A stretch of DNA of 62,500 bases, counting the filler, from Globobulimina sp. (taxonomy: Eukaryota): NCBI GenBank assembly GCA_003354225.1. It is 16 parts of 16 records of this genome, joined end to end, with 100 filler letters (N's around TTAATTAATTAA, not from the genome) between each part and the next. Parts side by side here need not be neighbours in the genome. Positions count along the whole stretch, not along the records: positions 1 to 3,817 come from PIVH01002046.1; positions 3,918 to 7,734 come from PIVH01002047.1; positions 7,835 to 11,650 come from PIVH01002048.1; positions 11,751 to 15,566 come from PIVH01002049.1; 12 more parts are not named here. One strand, written 5' to 3'. The translations under genes were made by a program, and so were the position numbers. Under the pieces are notes generated by a model, which was not told the origin of the DNA, searched no databases, and saw only the letters and a list, made by a program, of their open reading frames with translations. Position 1 is the stretch's first letter; each line of letters begins with the position of its first letter. This document shows, piece by piece, positions 1 to 12,554 of the stretch.

Positions 1-3000
1 TAACAAGAATCTTATTCCGTGTTGAATGCTACAAAATATCAACACAAAGAACGCAAAGCCAGCTATCAAACGGCCGAATGGTCGAACACAGGCCACTGTT
101 TGTTCAATTTTGAAGAAATTCGTTTCCGCCACAGCTTGTTTAAAGACACCGGTGTACGTATCACTCATCATAGCGATCAAAAGATTTAATAACAAAACTG
201 CTGCTAATATTTGATAAATAACAACAAATGTCAAAATTGTATACCTTTGATACGCATTCTCAAAATCTGAAGTGAAGTCCAATGCGCTCGGCCATTTTAA
301 CGATAAAAAAGAATCGTACAAGAATTGGGTGGTACCGCCAATTGTGTCAAATGAAGTGCCGGTCCGCTCACCGCCTGCATTGGCTAAGATGTATAAACAA
401 AACACAAAGCCTAGGAAGAAGACACAGGCTGTGATCAAAAACGTGAATATGGTTTGAATTAATAAGGAGACAGTTTTCAAGAAGCGACCCATCAACGCAG
501 TGAATTGAAACACGATCGTTATTTTCAAAAACATATAAATCATAACAATGGCCCATAGCGCATAATAAATACCGTTGACAGTCGCATTGTTTTCAGGGAA
601 ACAGACGCTGTGCGAAATTTTAAAGCAAATCCGCGACCATATCTTCATGGCAATGATACAAAACCATATGGCGCACCCCATGGCATCAAAGGAATTTGAT
701 ACTTTGCTGAAAGCATTGCAAACAATCAAACGTTTTAATACTATCATTCAAAAGAAGTCTCATTATATGTTAAACATTTGATTGTTTGGCCTATTCTAAT
801 TTCTCATGGCAGAAATACCTGAAATATACGCTCGAATCTTTGGTTAACTCCATCAATTCTCCCCAAATTAATGAGAATACCACAGATAAAATTACAATCT
901 CTTCAACGCGCACTCGAACAGTGCCTGGATTCTCTGCTCGCAAATGTAAATTCTGACACTCGTTATATGTGCCATAATACGCAACAATCACTAAGAACAA
1001 TGTAAACAGCAAACAGCGTACCAGAGCAATACCAAACGCAGAATATACGAAATTGGTTGGATTGCTCCACACAGATTGTATCAGGCCGCCAGCATCGGTG
1101 GTAAATAAGGAGCCCGCTATCAACGGGTCCGCCATCATAGGATTGCCATTGGACCAAATATTCTCCAGTACGCCAGTAATATACGGATGGTGCAAAAACT
1201 TGACGCGGTTATATCTAATCGCTAAGGTCAACGTGCTCAATAATTGTATGTCCGTCGGAGCGTATAATAATAGGCACAGCACATGATCAGAATTTATTTT
1301 TTCTACCTCTACCACTGCCATTTTCTCACACTGTTTTGCTATATTTATCCACTGATCACAGCGGGTAATATCATCGGCAGCTCTCTCCTCTAAATATGCG
1401 GATAAAAACAGTGCTGTTGCAATGGGGAAACTACTGCAACGAATTAATGTGTTCACCAAAGCTTCGATGAACTTAACATTGGATATCTGTTTATTGCGTA
1501 TGCCGTCCCAGTGTTTACTTAATAGTCTCAACGCATCGATTAACGCCAATTGCGATAATATTATAATCAACGAAGTCCACAGAGATTCCAGTACGCGGTG
1601 ATCGGTCTTATTTCGTATTTTATCGATGATATATTCGACGATATCATCTGTTAACTCATAGCCTTCATAGAAATGAATGCAGTCTCTTAATTAGCTTTGA
1701 ATGTCTCGCGAAGCTACGATGCGTAGTAACAGTGCTTGATATATATCTCCTTCGCCAAGCAGTAAGCTGCTGCGTTTCCGATGGATACTCAGCTGGCCAT
1801 GTCCCAGAGCGCTCGCATAACTGCCTGCGGACTGCCTGCTCTTTGCCTGTATACGTATCGGTTCCTCGGCAATGGGCGGTGTGACCACTATGTCAGTCGC
1901 TCCTTTATCGCTTAATACATCCAACGATTTTGGGCTTTTTTTCAGTCCTTGCAATTCCAGCGATGATTTGATATCATTCTCGTTATCATAGGGTTGTGCT
2001 GCAACGGTGCGGTCAGCATCGGCACAGAGAGCAGGTGTATGGCGATGGCAATATTTTAAATGTTGCTGTAATTGGCCGCCGTCAACAAATACTGTTGAAT
2101 TGCTGGTAATTAATGTTTGATTGAAGTATGACTTTGGAGAATTGGATAGAATCAAAGTACATAAATATTTCATGCGTATAACGACATGAATTTTGACTTT
2201 GAAAAATTGTCGAAATTCCCAGGGCACATTTTCTTTATAAATATACAATAATTTCTTAATTCGATGCAAATCAAAGCCATATTCAATGCCAAGAGCTAGC
2301 AATAATAAATCATACTTATTGAAATTATTCGAAACCTGTGGCGAGAGACTTTGCTTTCTTTTAATTTTAAATTCTGGCGGGATCTGCGTGAAATAATTAT
2401 AAAACTGTGTAAATCCTTTACTTTCTTGCTGTTTTTGCTCTTTTTTCTCATCAAATCTTACTTTCTTGGGTTTCTTTCGATGTTTTATAGCATCGGATAA
2501 CATATTCCTCAATGCAACAATCTTCGCATCGTGGTGGGTATCACCAAATATCGTATCTAAGACACCACCAAAACTGGTCATCATTTGCATATATTCCTCC
2601 CTTATCGGCTCATTGTCCTCTTCCTCGCCAAATGCACTCTCACTAAGTTTCAATTTTAAGCTGGGAATAGAGCCTTGGCCATACATTGGAATCCCCGGAG
2701 ATACCGTTGGTTGTAATGGCGACGTTGAGTCGAGAATATGTGTTGATTTTTTTAAAGCACTTTTGTGAATATCGAATAGCTGTTTTGCTGTTAAAGCTTC
2801 GTTTAATAGTAAGTTTGCGGCGCATTTGCGTATATAGCGAATATTTGGATAATTGAATGGTTTGATAGAGATTGGCTTTAATGCGGAGATGCTATTTATA
2901 TCTGACTTATTGCTCAGTATATACTCACCGTTATGATGCAATATCTTCCGCATGGCATCAAAATCTTTGCTCGTATCATTGACGCAGTTATCGTGCCATG

Positions 3001-3701
3001 GCCATAAATTGTTGGCGGCAGAGGGTTCGCTCATTTCCAGCACAAATTTCTGTATAAGTCCCTGTAACTGACGGAATTGAAAATATCTGTCTTTATATGC
3101 TTTGGTTTTGGCATTTGCGCCTTCTTTGGTTGTGATTAACGTGTTTATTTCTAACAATTTCTGCAAAATAAGTATCGATATATGGCAGCAAGAGGTTGCA
3201 TAGAAAAGTTATAATTAACTATTTTGATGGCAATTATAACGCAAAATGACCAAATAAACATCTCTTTGTCTTTGAATAATGTTTTTTTTTGTTTTTCTTG
3301 ATCTAAATTATTTAATAAATAACTATATTGGTCCCAAGACATTAAGTCATATTCAGATTCATCACTGAGTTTTGTTAACGTTATTTTTTGTGAAATTGAT
3401 GTGGTTGTTTTAAAACATTTTGGTAATATGGTACCATACATTTTTTGTACCATTTGAGGGAATGTCTTGTCATCGTAGAGTTGGCTAAGAAATTGTTTAT
3501 CACTCCACGAATAATCAAATACTTGGCTATCTTTTGGAGGTTGATGTAATAACAATTTACGTAGAATATGATCGATTACTTTTTCTGAGTGTTCATCCAC
3601 CGATTCTCCAAAAAACTTGATTATATAATTACATTACAAGTATTTATTGATTATAATTGCATACAACACACCAGTTTCTCAACATGAGATAAGGAAGGCA
3701 T
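1..3701 (-). CDS. TRP-family cation channel, 3' partial, multi-exon, with one in-frame TAA at 1691-1693
   Basis: Manual translation of 1-706 gives S3-S6 helices ending VLLLNLLIAMMSDTY (TRP S6 signature). Pre-S1 motif LTLAIRYNRVKFLHHPYITGVLENIW is present. Phase-compatible GT-AG introns at 3616-3671, 3161-3219 and 707-818. ATG at 3701. Confidence 0.85.
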
Positions 3702-3817
3702 GCTTGCTTGCTTCAGGACTTCAGTTCAGATGTTCAATTTTGAATTGACTCGTGCCAACTAACTTTTTCTTAGCTACTAATACTTACCAACTTGAAAAAC
3801 ACTTAGTCAATTGCCTG

Positions 3818-3917
3818 NNNNNNNNNNNNNNNNNNNNNNNNNNNNNNNNNNNNNNNNNNNNTTAATTAATTAANNNNNNNNNNNNNNNNNNNNNNNNNNN
3901 NNNNNNNNNNNNNNNNN
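3818..3917. other. Artificial contig spacer N44-TTAATTAATTAA-N44 (all-frame stop linker), one of 15 copies
   Basis: Identical spacers also at 7735, 11651, 15567, 19481, 23395, 27308, 31221, 35133, 39044, 42955, 46865, 50775, 54684 and 58593. Contig lengths fall monotonically from 3817 to about 3808 bp. Confidence 0.98.
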
Positions 3918-5785
3918 CATACATAATCTTGCTCGGTGACAGCATGTTGGATAACTTTTATTATCAAATGGACAAAAAAAAACAGTCCATGACCGCATTA
4001 TTACGAAGCAAATATTTCAACAAAGCCATGGTGACCAATTTGGCGGTGGATGGCTGCGAATCGCGTCATGTTTTATATGGCATTGAACCGCAACCAATGT
4101 TCATAAATTCACGAAAGAAACATAACATCGACCCGTATCCAGTTGATTTCGACGATGGAAAACGTGTCTATCCGTTGGCGATTTTGCAGGAAATGATTGA
4201 GACCAAATCCATTAATTTCAGTCTCCCAAAATGTTATCTCAAACCAACCATAATTTTGTCCGTCGGCATGACCGATATAAAAACTTTAATTCCCATCCAT
4301 GACGAAACTGCGGTGTTTACCCAAATGTTGTCGTTCGAGAAGAATATGAACCAAATCTTGCAGCAATTGCTCCACAAATATAACTGCAATGTGGTCTTGT
4401 TGTCTTTGTGGGAGCCATACAGTGACTTTTATAACTTGTACGAGACTCCGAGGGACGCCTTCGTCATGCTTTTGAATGTGTGGATGACCAAATTGTTCAC
4501 AATTGCAGACAATTACAATGTGCCCATCATCGACTTGACGCGCACCATTTATACCTACGATCGCTCGCATTTTGGCGAGTCGATATTTGAAAATAGCCAT
4601 AACTCGGCACACGTTGTAATTGAATTAATCGATTTCATATTGAAAGATTATAATTTCGCACAGTCCAATGCATCCACAATTTATTATGGCTCGCATGCAT
4701 TTGCCGGGATTAAATGCGAGAAAAACGATATTGCCGCACGCGAAAAATATATTTCTGCGCTAAGATCACAAGCGGTGTTCAAAAATGTTAAGAAAGATAG
4801 TTTCGAAGAGGAGAAGAAAAGTTATATTCAGGAGCGTGACGAGCAAAAAGTGGATGTTATGGAAAAGGATATGAATGATTCCGAGAGTGATATGTTGAAA
4901 GCAACACATGTCATTTTAATGGGTGACAGTGTTTTGGACAATTTTTATTGGTTAAAAGATAAACAGAAAGACGTGAAACAGCAGATTTTGGATGAATATT
5001 CGAATGAGATTAAGGTAACAAACCTCGCCGTCGATGAGTCGACGTCTTTTGATGTGTTATACGGTGTCGACCCTTCGTGGACGTATATCGATGCCCGAAA
5101 GTTACACGGATTGGAGGCGTATCCCATTGATAAAGATGAGAATGGCAAAGTTGCCCCATTGCATATTATAAAAAAAATGATCGATAGTAAGGAGATCAAA
5201 GTACTTGTGAATAAAAATGAAATTAAGCCAACTGTATTATTGTCCATTGGCGGCAATGATGTTCGTGTATTGTTATTTAATTTTGATCTGCAAAATATTA
5301 TGAATGGTTTAACAAAATTTCAACAAAATACGCAAATTATTCTTGAGAAGATATTGTTTGATTTTAATTTAAATGTAATACCGGTTGTTGTGTATGAGCC
5401 ATACATGGATTTTGCAGAAGGTTACGGGATAAAAAGAGAAGAATTATTGCAGATATTTAATATTGGTGCAACGAAAATATTTGAATTATGTGAAACATAT
5501 TCATTGCCAGTGATGGATTTGTCGCGTACTTTTAATCCGTTTAATAGGAAACATTATGGCTCGACATCCATTGAACCGTCTAATCAATCTGGACAATTTA
5601 TTGTTGATTTATTAAGATATATTAATGAGAATTTCCCATTTAAATCTAATGCCAGAACATCAAAAATATATTATGGGTTAAAATCGGATGAAAAGGGTAT
5701 TATTCAACAAGAAAATAATAAGAATGCAAGAGATGGATATTTGAAACAGTTAATGGCAAATAAACCACCTCCATCGAATACATAA
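3918..5785 (+). CDS. Tandem two-domain SGNH/GDSL hydrolase-like protein, 5' partial
   Basis: Two homologous repeats: LLGDSMLDN...TNLAVDG...LSVGMTD and LMGDSVLDN...TNLAVDE...LSIGGND...SIEPSN. Confidence 0.8.
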
Positions 5786-6255
5786 TATAATTTTATTCTT
5801 TTCCATATTTATTAACTATACTTCTTTTCAAATTTGATTACTTATTTAGGCAGATTTTTGAAGTAAAAAAAAACTTGCTTCTGTTAATACTTTAGAATTA
5901 TTACTACCTTTTGGAAACACCGCGTGTTTAAACACTTTAAAATCCTATGGAGATTTACATACAGTGCAAGGATAATGTATACAATTTCAAAAGAAAAGTG
6001 TTTCAAACAGGTATATATATAATCGACGCGAACATAATGAGAACTGAGTGTCGGATGTTACTGATATGTTAGCTGTGTAAAAACAAGCAAAAAAGGAAAC
6101 AAATAAAAAAAAAGCAAAATTATATCAAAAACAAAGTCAGTTTTTGTTGAGGTTTTATTGACATTCACATTAATTCCCTTTTTTGTTGATTGATAATGAG
6201 CGCAAATTGATGATCGAATAATGTGTTGAATACTGAGTAGTGAATATATGTCTAT

Positions 6256-6945
6256 CTAATTGGAGCCAGAACCAATGACTTGATCAGATTGTGTGACGCC
6301 GCTCGCGTTATAAAATCCCTTTGAATATGAGCCATCCCTCGGCCATGGCCGCCTAGCGGGCGAACATAATTCCCATACACGATCAAAGTCTTTCAATTCA
6401 GAGCCAGAGCCAACTAATTTGCCACGTACCCATAATTGTGGTAACTCCTCAGTCCCTCCTTGAGCCTTCAAAATATCTCGAAATTCTTGTGTTTTGTTGG
6501 AGGCATCGCGAGGAAAGAATATTACACCTAAATATTTAATATTTATATCAGCGCAAATTCGCATAGGATATCGATTCAATATCGGCATCGATATATAAAC
6601 TAAACTAGCTTCAAACATATGCCTTACAAAATCCTCCGATACTTTATCTTTGGTGGCATGTAAGCCTCCATTCACATACACAACAACTTCATTCAATCTT
6701 TGATCAGTGTCAAACATTGCTTTTGGTTGTCTCTCGACGGGCGGACGCACCGATGGTTCCGCTAAAAAACATAATCCATATAAATCATCAATAGATATTG
6801 GTGGTGCACCTTTTGTGCCGCCTACTGCACTACGCATCGACGTCAATAATAGAGCGGGACCCACCATCACATTGGAAGTCTTGTTGAGGTTATTTCTTGC
6901 ACCACGACGGATTAATGTGGTTAACGGCTTGTGAATTCGAAACAT
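6256..6945 (-). CDS. Probable mitochondrion-targeted thioredoxin/glutaredoxin-fold protein without CxxC
   Basis: Arg-rich N-terminal presequence lacking acidic residues. ELPQLWVRGKLVGSG resembles the Grx/SH3BGR motif TVPQxFVxGxxIGG. Confidence 0.5.
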   Translation of the reverse strand: MFRIHKPLTTLIRRGARNNLNKTSNVMVGPALLLTSMRSAVGGTKGAPPISIDDLYGLCFLAEPSVRPPVERQPKAMFDTDQRLNEVVVYVNGGLHATKDKVSEDFVRHMFEASLVYISMPILNRYPMRICADINIKYLGVIFFPRDASNKTQEFRDILKAQGGTEELPQLWVRGKLVGSGSELKDFDRVWELCSPARRPWPRDGSYSKGFYNASGVTQSDQVIGSGSN

Positions 6946-7038
6946 GTTATTCTCTGAATCTCTTTCGTTACGAAAGGATGGATGACCAACACTGTTTTCT
7001 CAGAGTTATTGAGGTTTTTTATATTGATTATCGATGAT

Positions 7039-7734
7039 TTAAAAGAGCAGAATGCTTAAGATTATTATTGCAAACAAACGACAAGAGACGGTTTCTGCGG
7101 TGCTGCAGGTTAATATTTCCCAATACGTGTCATTCATACATGTTTGATCATATATCACAATCTGTGATTGATGTTTTGTGCAAGTACTTCCCGTATAAGT
7201 TTGTAAATAAATCGAATCGAAGCCACATTGTATTTTATAAGATAAATCTTGATCATGATTTAACGTATTCCCTGTTGGTAAAAACATATTATTGGCAGCA
7301 TAATTTGTGAAGCAACAGTCAATAATCCATACATATTCGTTAAAATCAGAATCCTGAGTCTCCATACAGTCGGAATCAGAATCGTCAAACAGTAATTGAT
7401 CGTAGATACGTACAGAAACAAATGGGCATTGCGTTCCTATGCATTCAAATTTATTTATTTCTACAGAATCATAAACTTCGTAAAATGATAAATCTCCGGA
7501 ACATTCTCTATCAATATATCTATTATATATTACCATTGAATTGTCGTTTGAACACACATATTTTGTAGAATAATAAATTTCTTTGTGTCTATGTTCCATA
7601 CACTGATTTAACGGTATCGCGAGCTTATTACGTTCAAATTGAACAAATTGACAGCTGTCCAACATAATCAACAAATATCCCATTGCAAATAAATGCATAT
7701 GATACATTTCAGTAAAGTACATTCCCAGTTGCAT
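7039..7734 (-). CDS. Cys-rich secreted or membrane-anchored protein of unknown function
   Basis: Hydrophobic N-terminus, two internal Cys-patterned repeats and a hydrophobic C-terminus. ORF starts at the contig edge. Confidence 0.55.
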   Translation of the reverse strand: MQLGMYFTEMYHMHLFAMGYLLIMLDSCQFVQFERNKLAIPLNQCMEHRHKEIYYSTKYVCSNDNSMVIYNRYIDRECSGDLSFYEVYDSVEINKFECIGTQCPFVSVRIYDQLLFDDSDSDCMETQDSDFNEYVWIIDCCFTNYAANNMFLPTGNTLNHDQDLSYKIQCGFDSIYLQTYTGSTCTKHQSQIVIYDQTCMNDTYWEILTCSTAETVSCRLFAIIILSILLF

Positions 7735-7834
7735 NNNNNNNNNNNNNNNNNNNNNNNNNNNNNNNNNNNNNNNNNNNNTTAATTAATTAANNNNNNNNNN
7801 NNNNNNNNNNNNNNNNNNNNNNNNNNNNNNNNNN

Positions 7835-7959
7835 ACTTGCATGGCACGCTTCGATACACCAATTTCAGGATGCACTTGTTTTAACACTTTGTAAATGTAA
7901 ATGTTGTATGTTTGTTTTTGTTTTCTTTTATAAGTTCGCTGAGCGCCTGATTTAGACAT
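7835..7959 (-). CDS. H2B: Histone H2B, 3' partial (missing from the ORF track)
   Basis: [41 protein letters not shown] matches the H2B motif [18 protein letters not shown]. Confidence 0.92.
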
Positions 7960-8424
7960 AATTTATTCTTGATGCTTTTCTTACTTTTGAAGTTTGATTG
8001 GTGGAGATTAAGGTTATTCTTTTTTGCTTTTGTGGAGAAGATTTATCAATAAATCCATCTCATATATTATCAAATACATTCCGTTGTGACCAAAATGCAT
8101 TGGTCTAGCAATCGAACCAACTTTAATTTGCTTTCATATTAACGATAGAACGAATAATACATAACATGTACATTTTTGTACATTTCTGCATATATTTGTA
8201 TCCATGATAATGGACATTAATTTAATAGCATTAATACGAATATTTTGAATGGCTTTTTCTACGAATATCAACTACGGGACTAGAGGCTTTTCTAAATTAG
8301 AATTTGAAAACTCTGCTGCCTTGAGTGCGCCTAGCTCAGGTCTTTATTGCTTAGAATGAACGATAATTATAACAAACTTATTACTGATATTGATAACTTA
8401 AGGTTAACGTTACATTGAACAACA

Positions 8425-11400
8425 TTGTTATCAAATATCAATCACAGAACAACATCTATTTTTTTTTTTAATCACAGCACTGAAGAACGACAACACGGAT
8501 TAAAATTGATTCATAAAATAATAAACAACATATTATCAAATCCAAACGAACCAAAATATCAACATATCAACAAAACAAAAATACTCAAAAAATTTTGCAA
8601 TAACACTGTTTGGCTGGATTTACTTATAAATGCTGGATTTTATGAAGCCCAAAATGAACAAGATTTTGTATTTGATATGGCAAAAATACAAAAATTAAAA
8701 TTTATGAATAACTTGTTATTATCACATGAATGGAATACCAATAACGATACCAAACGAGACACGCAATTGGTGGCAGCTGATATTATTTCATCAACATCAA
8801 CAATGAACAAAATGACACCTCAGGCTCAGTATGTATGTTTTTGCAAGAAAAGTTTAATAAAAATTAATGATGCTTCCCGTCTATATGATGGTTCTGGAGC
8901 AATGTGTGATTTTTGTAGTAAAACCAGTGCAGAAAATGAAATATTTTGGCATTGTGATAACAATGCGGAACATAAAAATGGATTTGATGTTTGTAGTAAA
9001 TGTGTTCATATATTCGATGACGAAGATGAAGATATAGACAAAATTATTGAGGAAGGTGTGTGCATATGTTATGTAATAAGTTATTTGAAAATATTTTGAA
9101 AAACAAATAAGCTGATCATGAGATGGAAAATTATTTGGTGCAACAATTGCAATATTTAACCGATGATAATGGATTAGATAACATAAATAATACAAATAAT
9201 GATCAGAAAATGAAGGAGCATTTAACGCAAAGTTTTATGGATGTATTTATGGGAAATAATAATGAACAAATATTAGAATGTAATGAATTTAATGAATGTA
9301 ATAGTAATGATATAAAAAATTGTGTACATTTAAAAAGGCTAAATATTTTGATACAAAAATATCAGCGACAAACTATTGCTGAAGTTAATGAAAATATATT
9401 AGAAATAATCGATGATTATTTACATTTATCGCAAGTACATGACAACGATGAACACTTTGAATACATTGCATTTTTATTTGGCGAATGTGATGTTGATCAC
9501 TGCATAATGTTTAAACGAAGGAATAATAGAAATAATACCTTAGAATTGAGTTTGCAGTGTGAAAGTAATGTATTTTGGCAATTTATGGATACTATCCATT
9601 GTTACTGGGTGCATTGTTTTGACGTTGGAAATAGATTAAGTATTGAGGAGAAAGCAAAAATAAATGAAATTAAAATTGATAATGATTATAAGCAGCAGAA
9701 CGAATTCAATGTAAATGCAAAATTTATTAAATTACATGACATATTAAACTCAAAACGTAGGAATCAAAATTCTTTGAATTTAAGAATGAATCAACGATAT
9801 TTTCAATTGAATTCAGAACAAAAATCCAATGATAAAATGTTTAACTTTGGTTTTAAGTATAAATATGGCTATAATCGAGAAAGGAAGGTCGAAGATGATG
9901 AGATTGCTGTTTATCCCAAATATGATACATTAAAAGAAGAACTAATTGCAAATGATGGTCCTCATAGAATAAGCAGCCAACAATTCAATATTCAATACAA
10001 AACAGCTCATTATTTATTTGAAACAAAACACAAAAAATCAAAAAAGGAATGGCATGTTCCTCCCAAATACATGTCTATTGAACATTTATTATCTTTGCGG
10101 GTTTATTGTAATTTTGATAATTTACAATTTGAGTTCTCCAAAACATATCGAATTGATGATAATGGCAAACAACATTCCCGTTTTTATCATTTAGGAAAAT
10201 GTTTGAAAATATGTTTAGCAGATTTTGGTACACAAATAAAAGATGGCACTGTCCACTCATTTTATCACGGCATAAATCAACAACTAATATTTCCTCAGTA
10301 TATTGGTGTAAATAAATATGATTCAAACGAAGGGGTTGCAATTCGATGTCCATTTTCAACCTCATCATCATTTGAAGTGGCTGCTAATTTTGCCACAAGC
10401 AATACAAATAAAAATGGACTCATTGTTGAATTTTCAGGTGGAAACTGGAAAAGTTCCAAGTATTTCAGTGTTGATTGGTTATCTATGTACAACGAAAGAG
10501 AATATTTATTTGTTCAAAATTATTCAAAATTAGAGATTATGAATATTATTGATGTTAAAAATGGTCATCATTACAGTGGTATTTTAAATGCATTAAAATG
10601 TATTGATTATATTGTATTCTTCAATGAAGATGAATTTCGCTCCGGTGACAAACAGAAAAAGATTGAAAAGATGATGGATATCATGGAATTGATCAAAGCC
10701 ATTATATCCAATCAATTAATATCAAATAAAAAATCATCTAAATACAAACCATTTTCTTCTTTAACAAACTATGGCAAAAATATGTGTGACAGTTATTTTG
10801 AAAATAAAATCACAATAAAATTGGATTATTTATTTTGTAAACAACAAGCAAAACAATGCAAAGATTCGTTTATTTTTGATTTATTATTTCATACAAAATA
10901 TGAATGGATTCATTTGGATGTCATTAATGTATTGTTTCCACGCATCGAGTGTATAGAAATACAGAGTATAAATTTATGTACATTCATTTTGGAGAATATT
11001 ATTTCAAAATGTTCATCAACAAAATGGAAACAAATACATATTGAACACAAACATACCAATAACGAGTTATCAGTTATTGATTCTATAAATAAATTTACAT
11101 CATTATTTCAAAAAAAAGGTATATTTTTAAGCGGTAATCAATACAAAAATGAGTTAAATATTCATAAATGTAATAATGTAGAATTTATTTCAAGTGTAAT
11201 TGAAGGGTTTGGACAAAGTTATTATTTGGATAAATTAAACGAAATAAATCCTTTCATGAAACAATTAATTGAAAAGCAAATATCCAATAACAACAATAAT
11301 AATTTTAATGATAATGATCAGAAATTATTTCATCAATTTTGTGTTCAAACAAAATTTATATTCGTTGATTGGAAATGCATTGTATTAAATAAAAATGCCT

Positions 11401-11650
11401 TTCTCTTTAAATTGCTTTATGATTCAGGAATAAATGAATGGATAAATCTTGATATATTAGGCAAATTATTTCCAAATCTTACATGGTTCCATATATCGCA
11501 CATAAAATTATCTTCAGAAATATTGGGAAATATTTTGTTTTATTTCAGTGATAAAAAACATAAGCCGGTTGGTATCAGAATAAGTAATCCAATTAAAGAT
11601 AGTGAGTTGAATATAAAAGATGCAAACTCTAAAAATAAAACACAATTTGA
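8425..11650 (+). CDS. Large protein with PUB domain, Cys/His zinc finger, ADP-ribosyltransferase-like domain and C-terminal repeats; 3' partial
   Basis: PUB-like LKLIHKIINNILSNPNEPKYQHIN...LLINAGF. Zinc finger CxC...CDFC...HC...H...CSKC. ART-like FYHG...PFSTSSS...EREYLF. Probable intron about 9058-9122. Start codon uncertain. Confidence 0.65.
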
Positions 11651-11750
11651 NNNNNNNNNNNNNNNNNNNNNNNNNNNNNNNNNNNNNNNNNNNNTTAATT
11701 AATTAANNNNNNNNNNNNNNNNNNNNNNNNNNNNNNNNNNNNNNNNNNNN

Positions 11751-12499
11751 ATGTGAATGGCAATGGCAAGTGTGAGGTGTACTAAACGTTGGTGGTATGC
11801 CGCCTCTTTGAGGAATGGCTGTTGTTTTAATATCTGAGATTGAGACAGTCCAATATTAAGCAATGGTATTTTTTTTTTATTTTTTTTTAACGTGACAGAT
11901 TGCGACATTTTTTGGGGTGAATACAATGGAGAATTTGGGTTCGAGAATGAGTGTATGGGTGACTGAGAGTGAGAGTGTGAGCCAGAATGTGAGTTTGAGT
12001 GTGATCGGGAACGGGTTGTCTTGTTTTTATATCTTTTCCTATGATAACGGGTGTCGTTGTCACTATGATAATGATCAGATTCGTTTTTATTTCCATATTT
12101 TGAGTGAAATTGCAGTATTTGTTTGGTGCCAACTCTCCATTCACGCTCTATTCGCAGACAGATGTCTTTGAAATCGATGATAAAACTTTCATCGATAGGT
12201 TTAGATGATGGATGGTGATCGTTTTTAAATTGTAATGAGAGATTGGATGAAAATTCAAATGAATGATATTTACGTAATAAACTGGACAACTTTGCAATTA
12301 TTGATTGTGATTTTTTTAATTCATAATCAAATTGACCGTGGATACGTGTTGAAAATGGTCGTGACTCAATATCTTTATTCAGTTTTTGTAACAACGTGTA
12401 TGATTTATTTAATTTCAACAATAATGCATTTGCTTCGTGTGTGACTTGTTCTTGTCCTTCTTCTAACGACGGGTCTAAGTGCTCTGACATTTGTGACAT
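11751..12499 (-). CDS. Helical protein, possibly a syntaxin N-terminal (Habc-like) region; 3' partial
   Basis: Three amphipathic helices followed by an SH/SP-rich linker. No SNARE or transmembrane region is visible before the contig end. Confidence 0.35.
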
Positions 12500-12554
12500 T
12501 ATCGTTCAAATCTTTTTTGATTATTTTGAAGTTTTTTGAGTGAAACAAAAAAAA

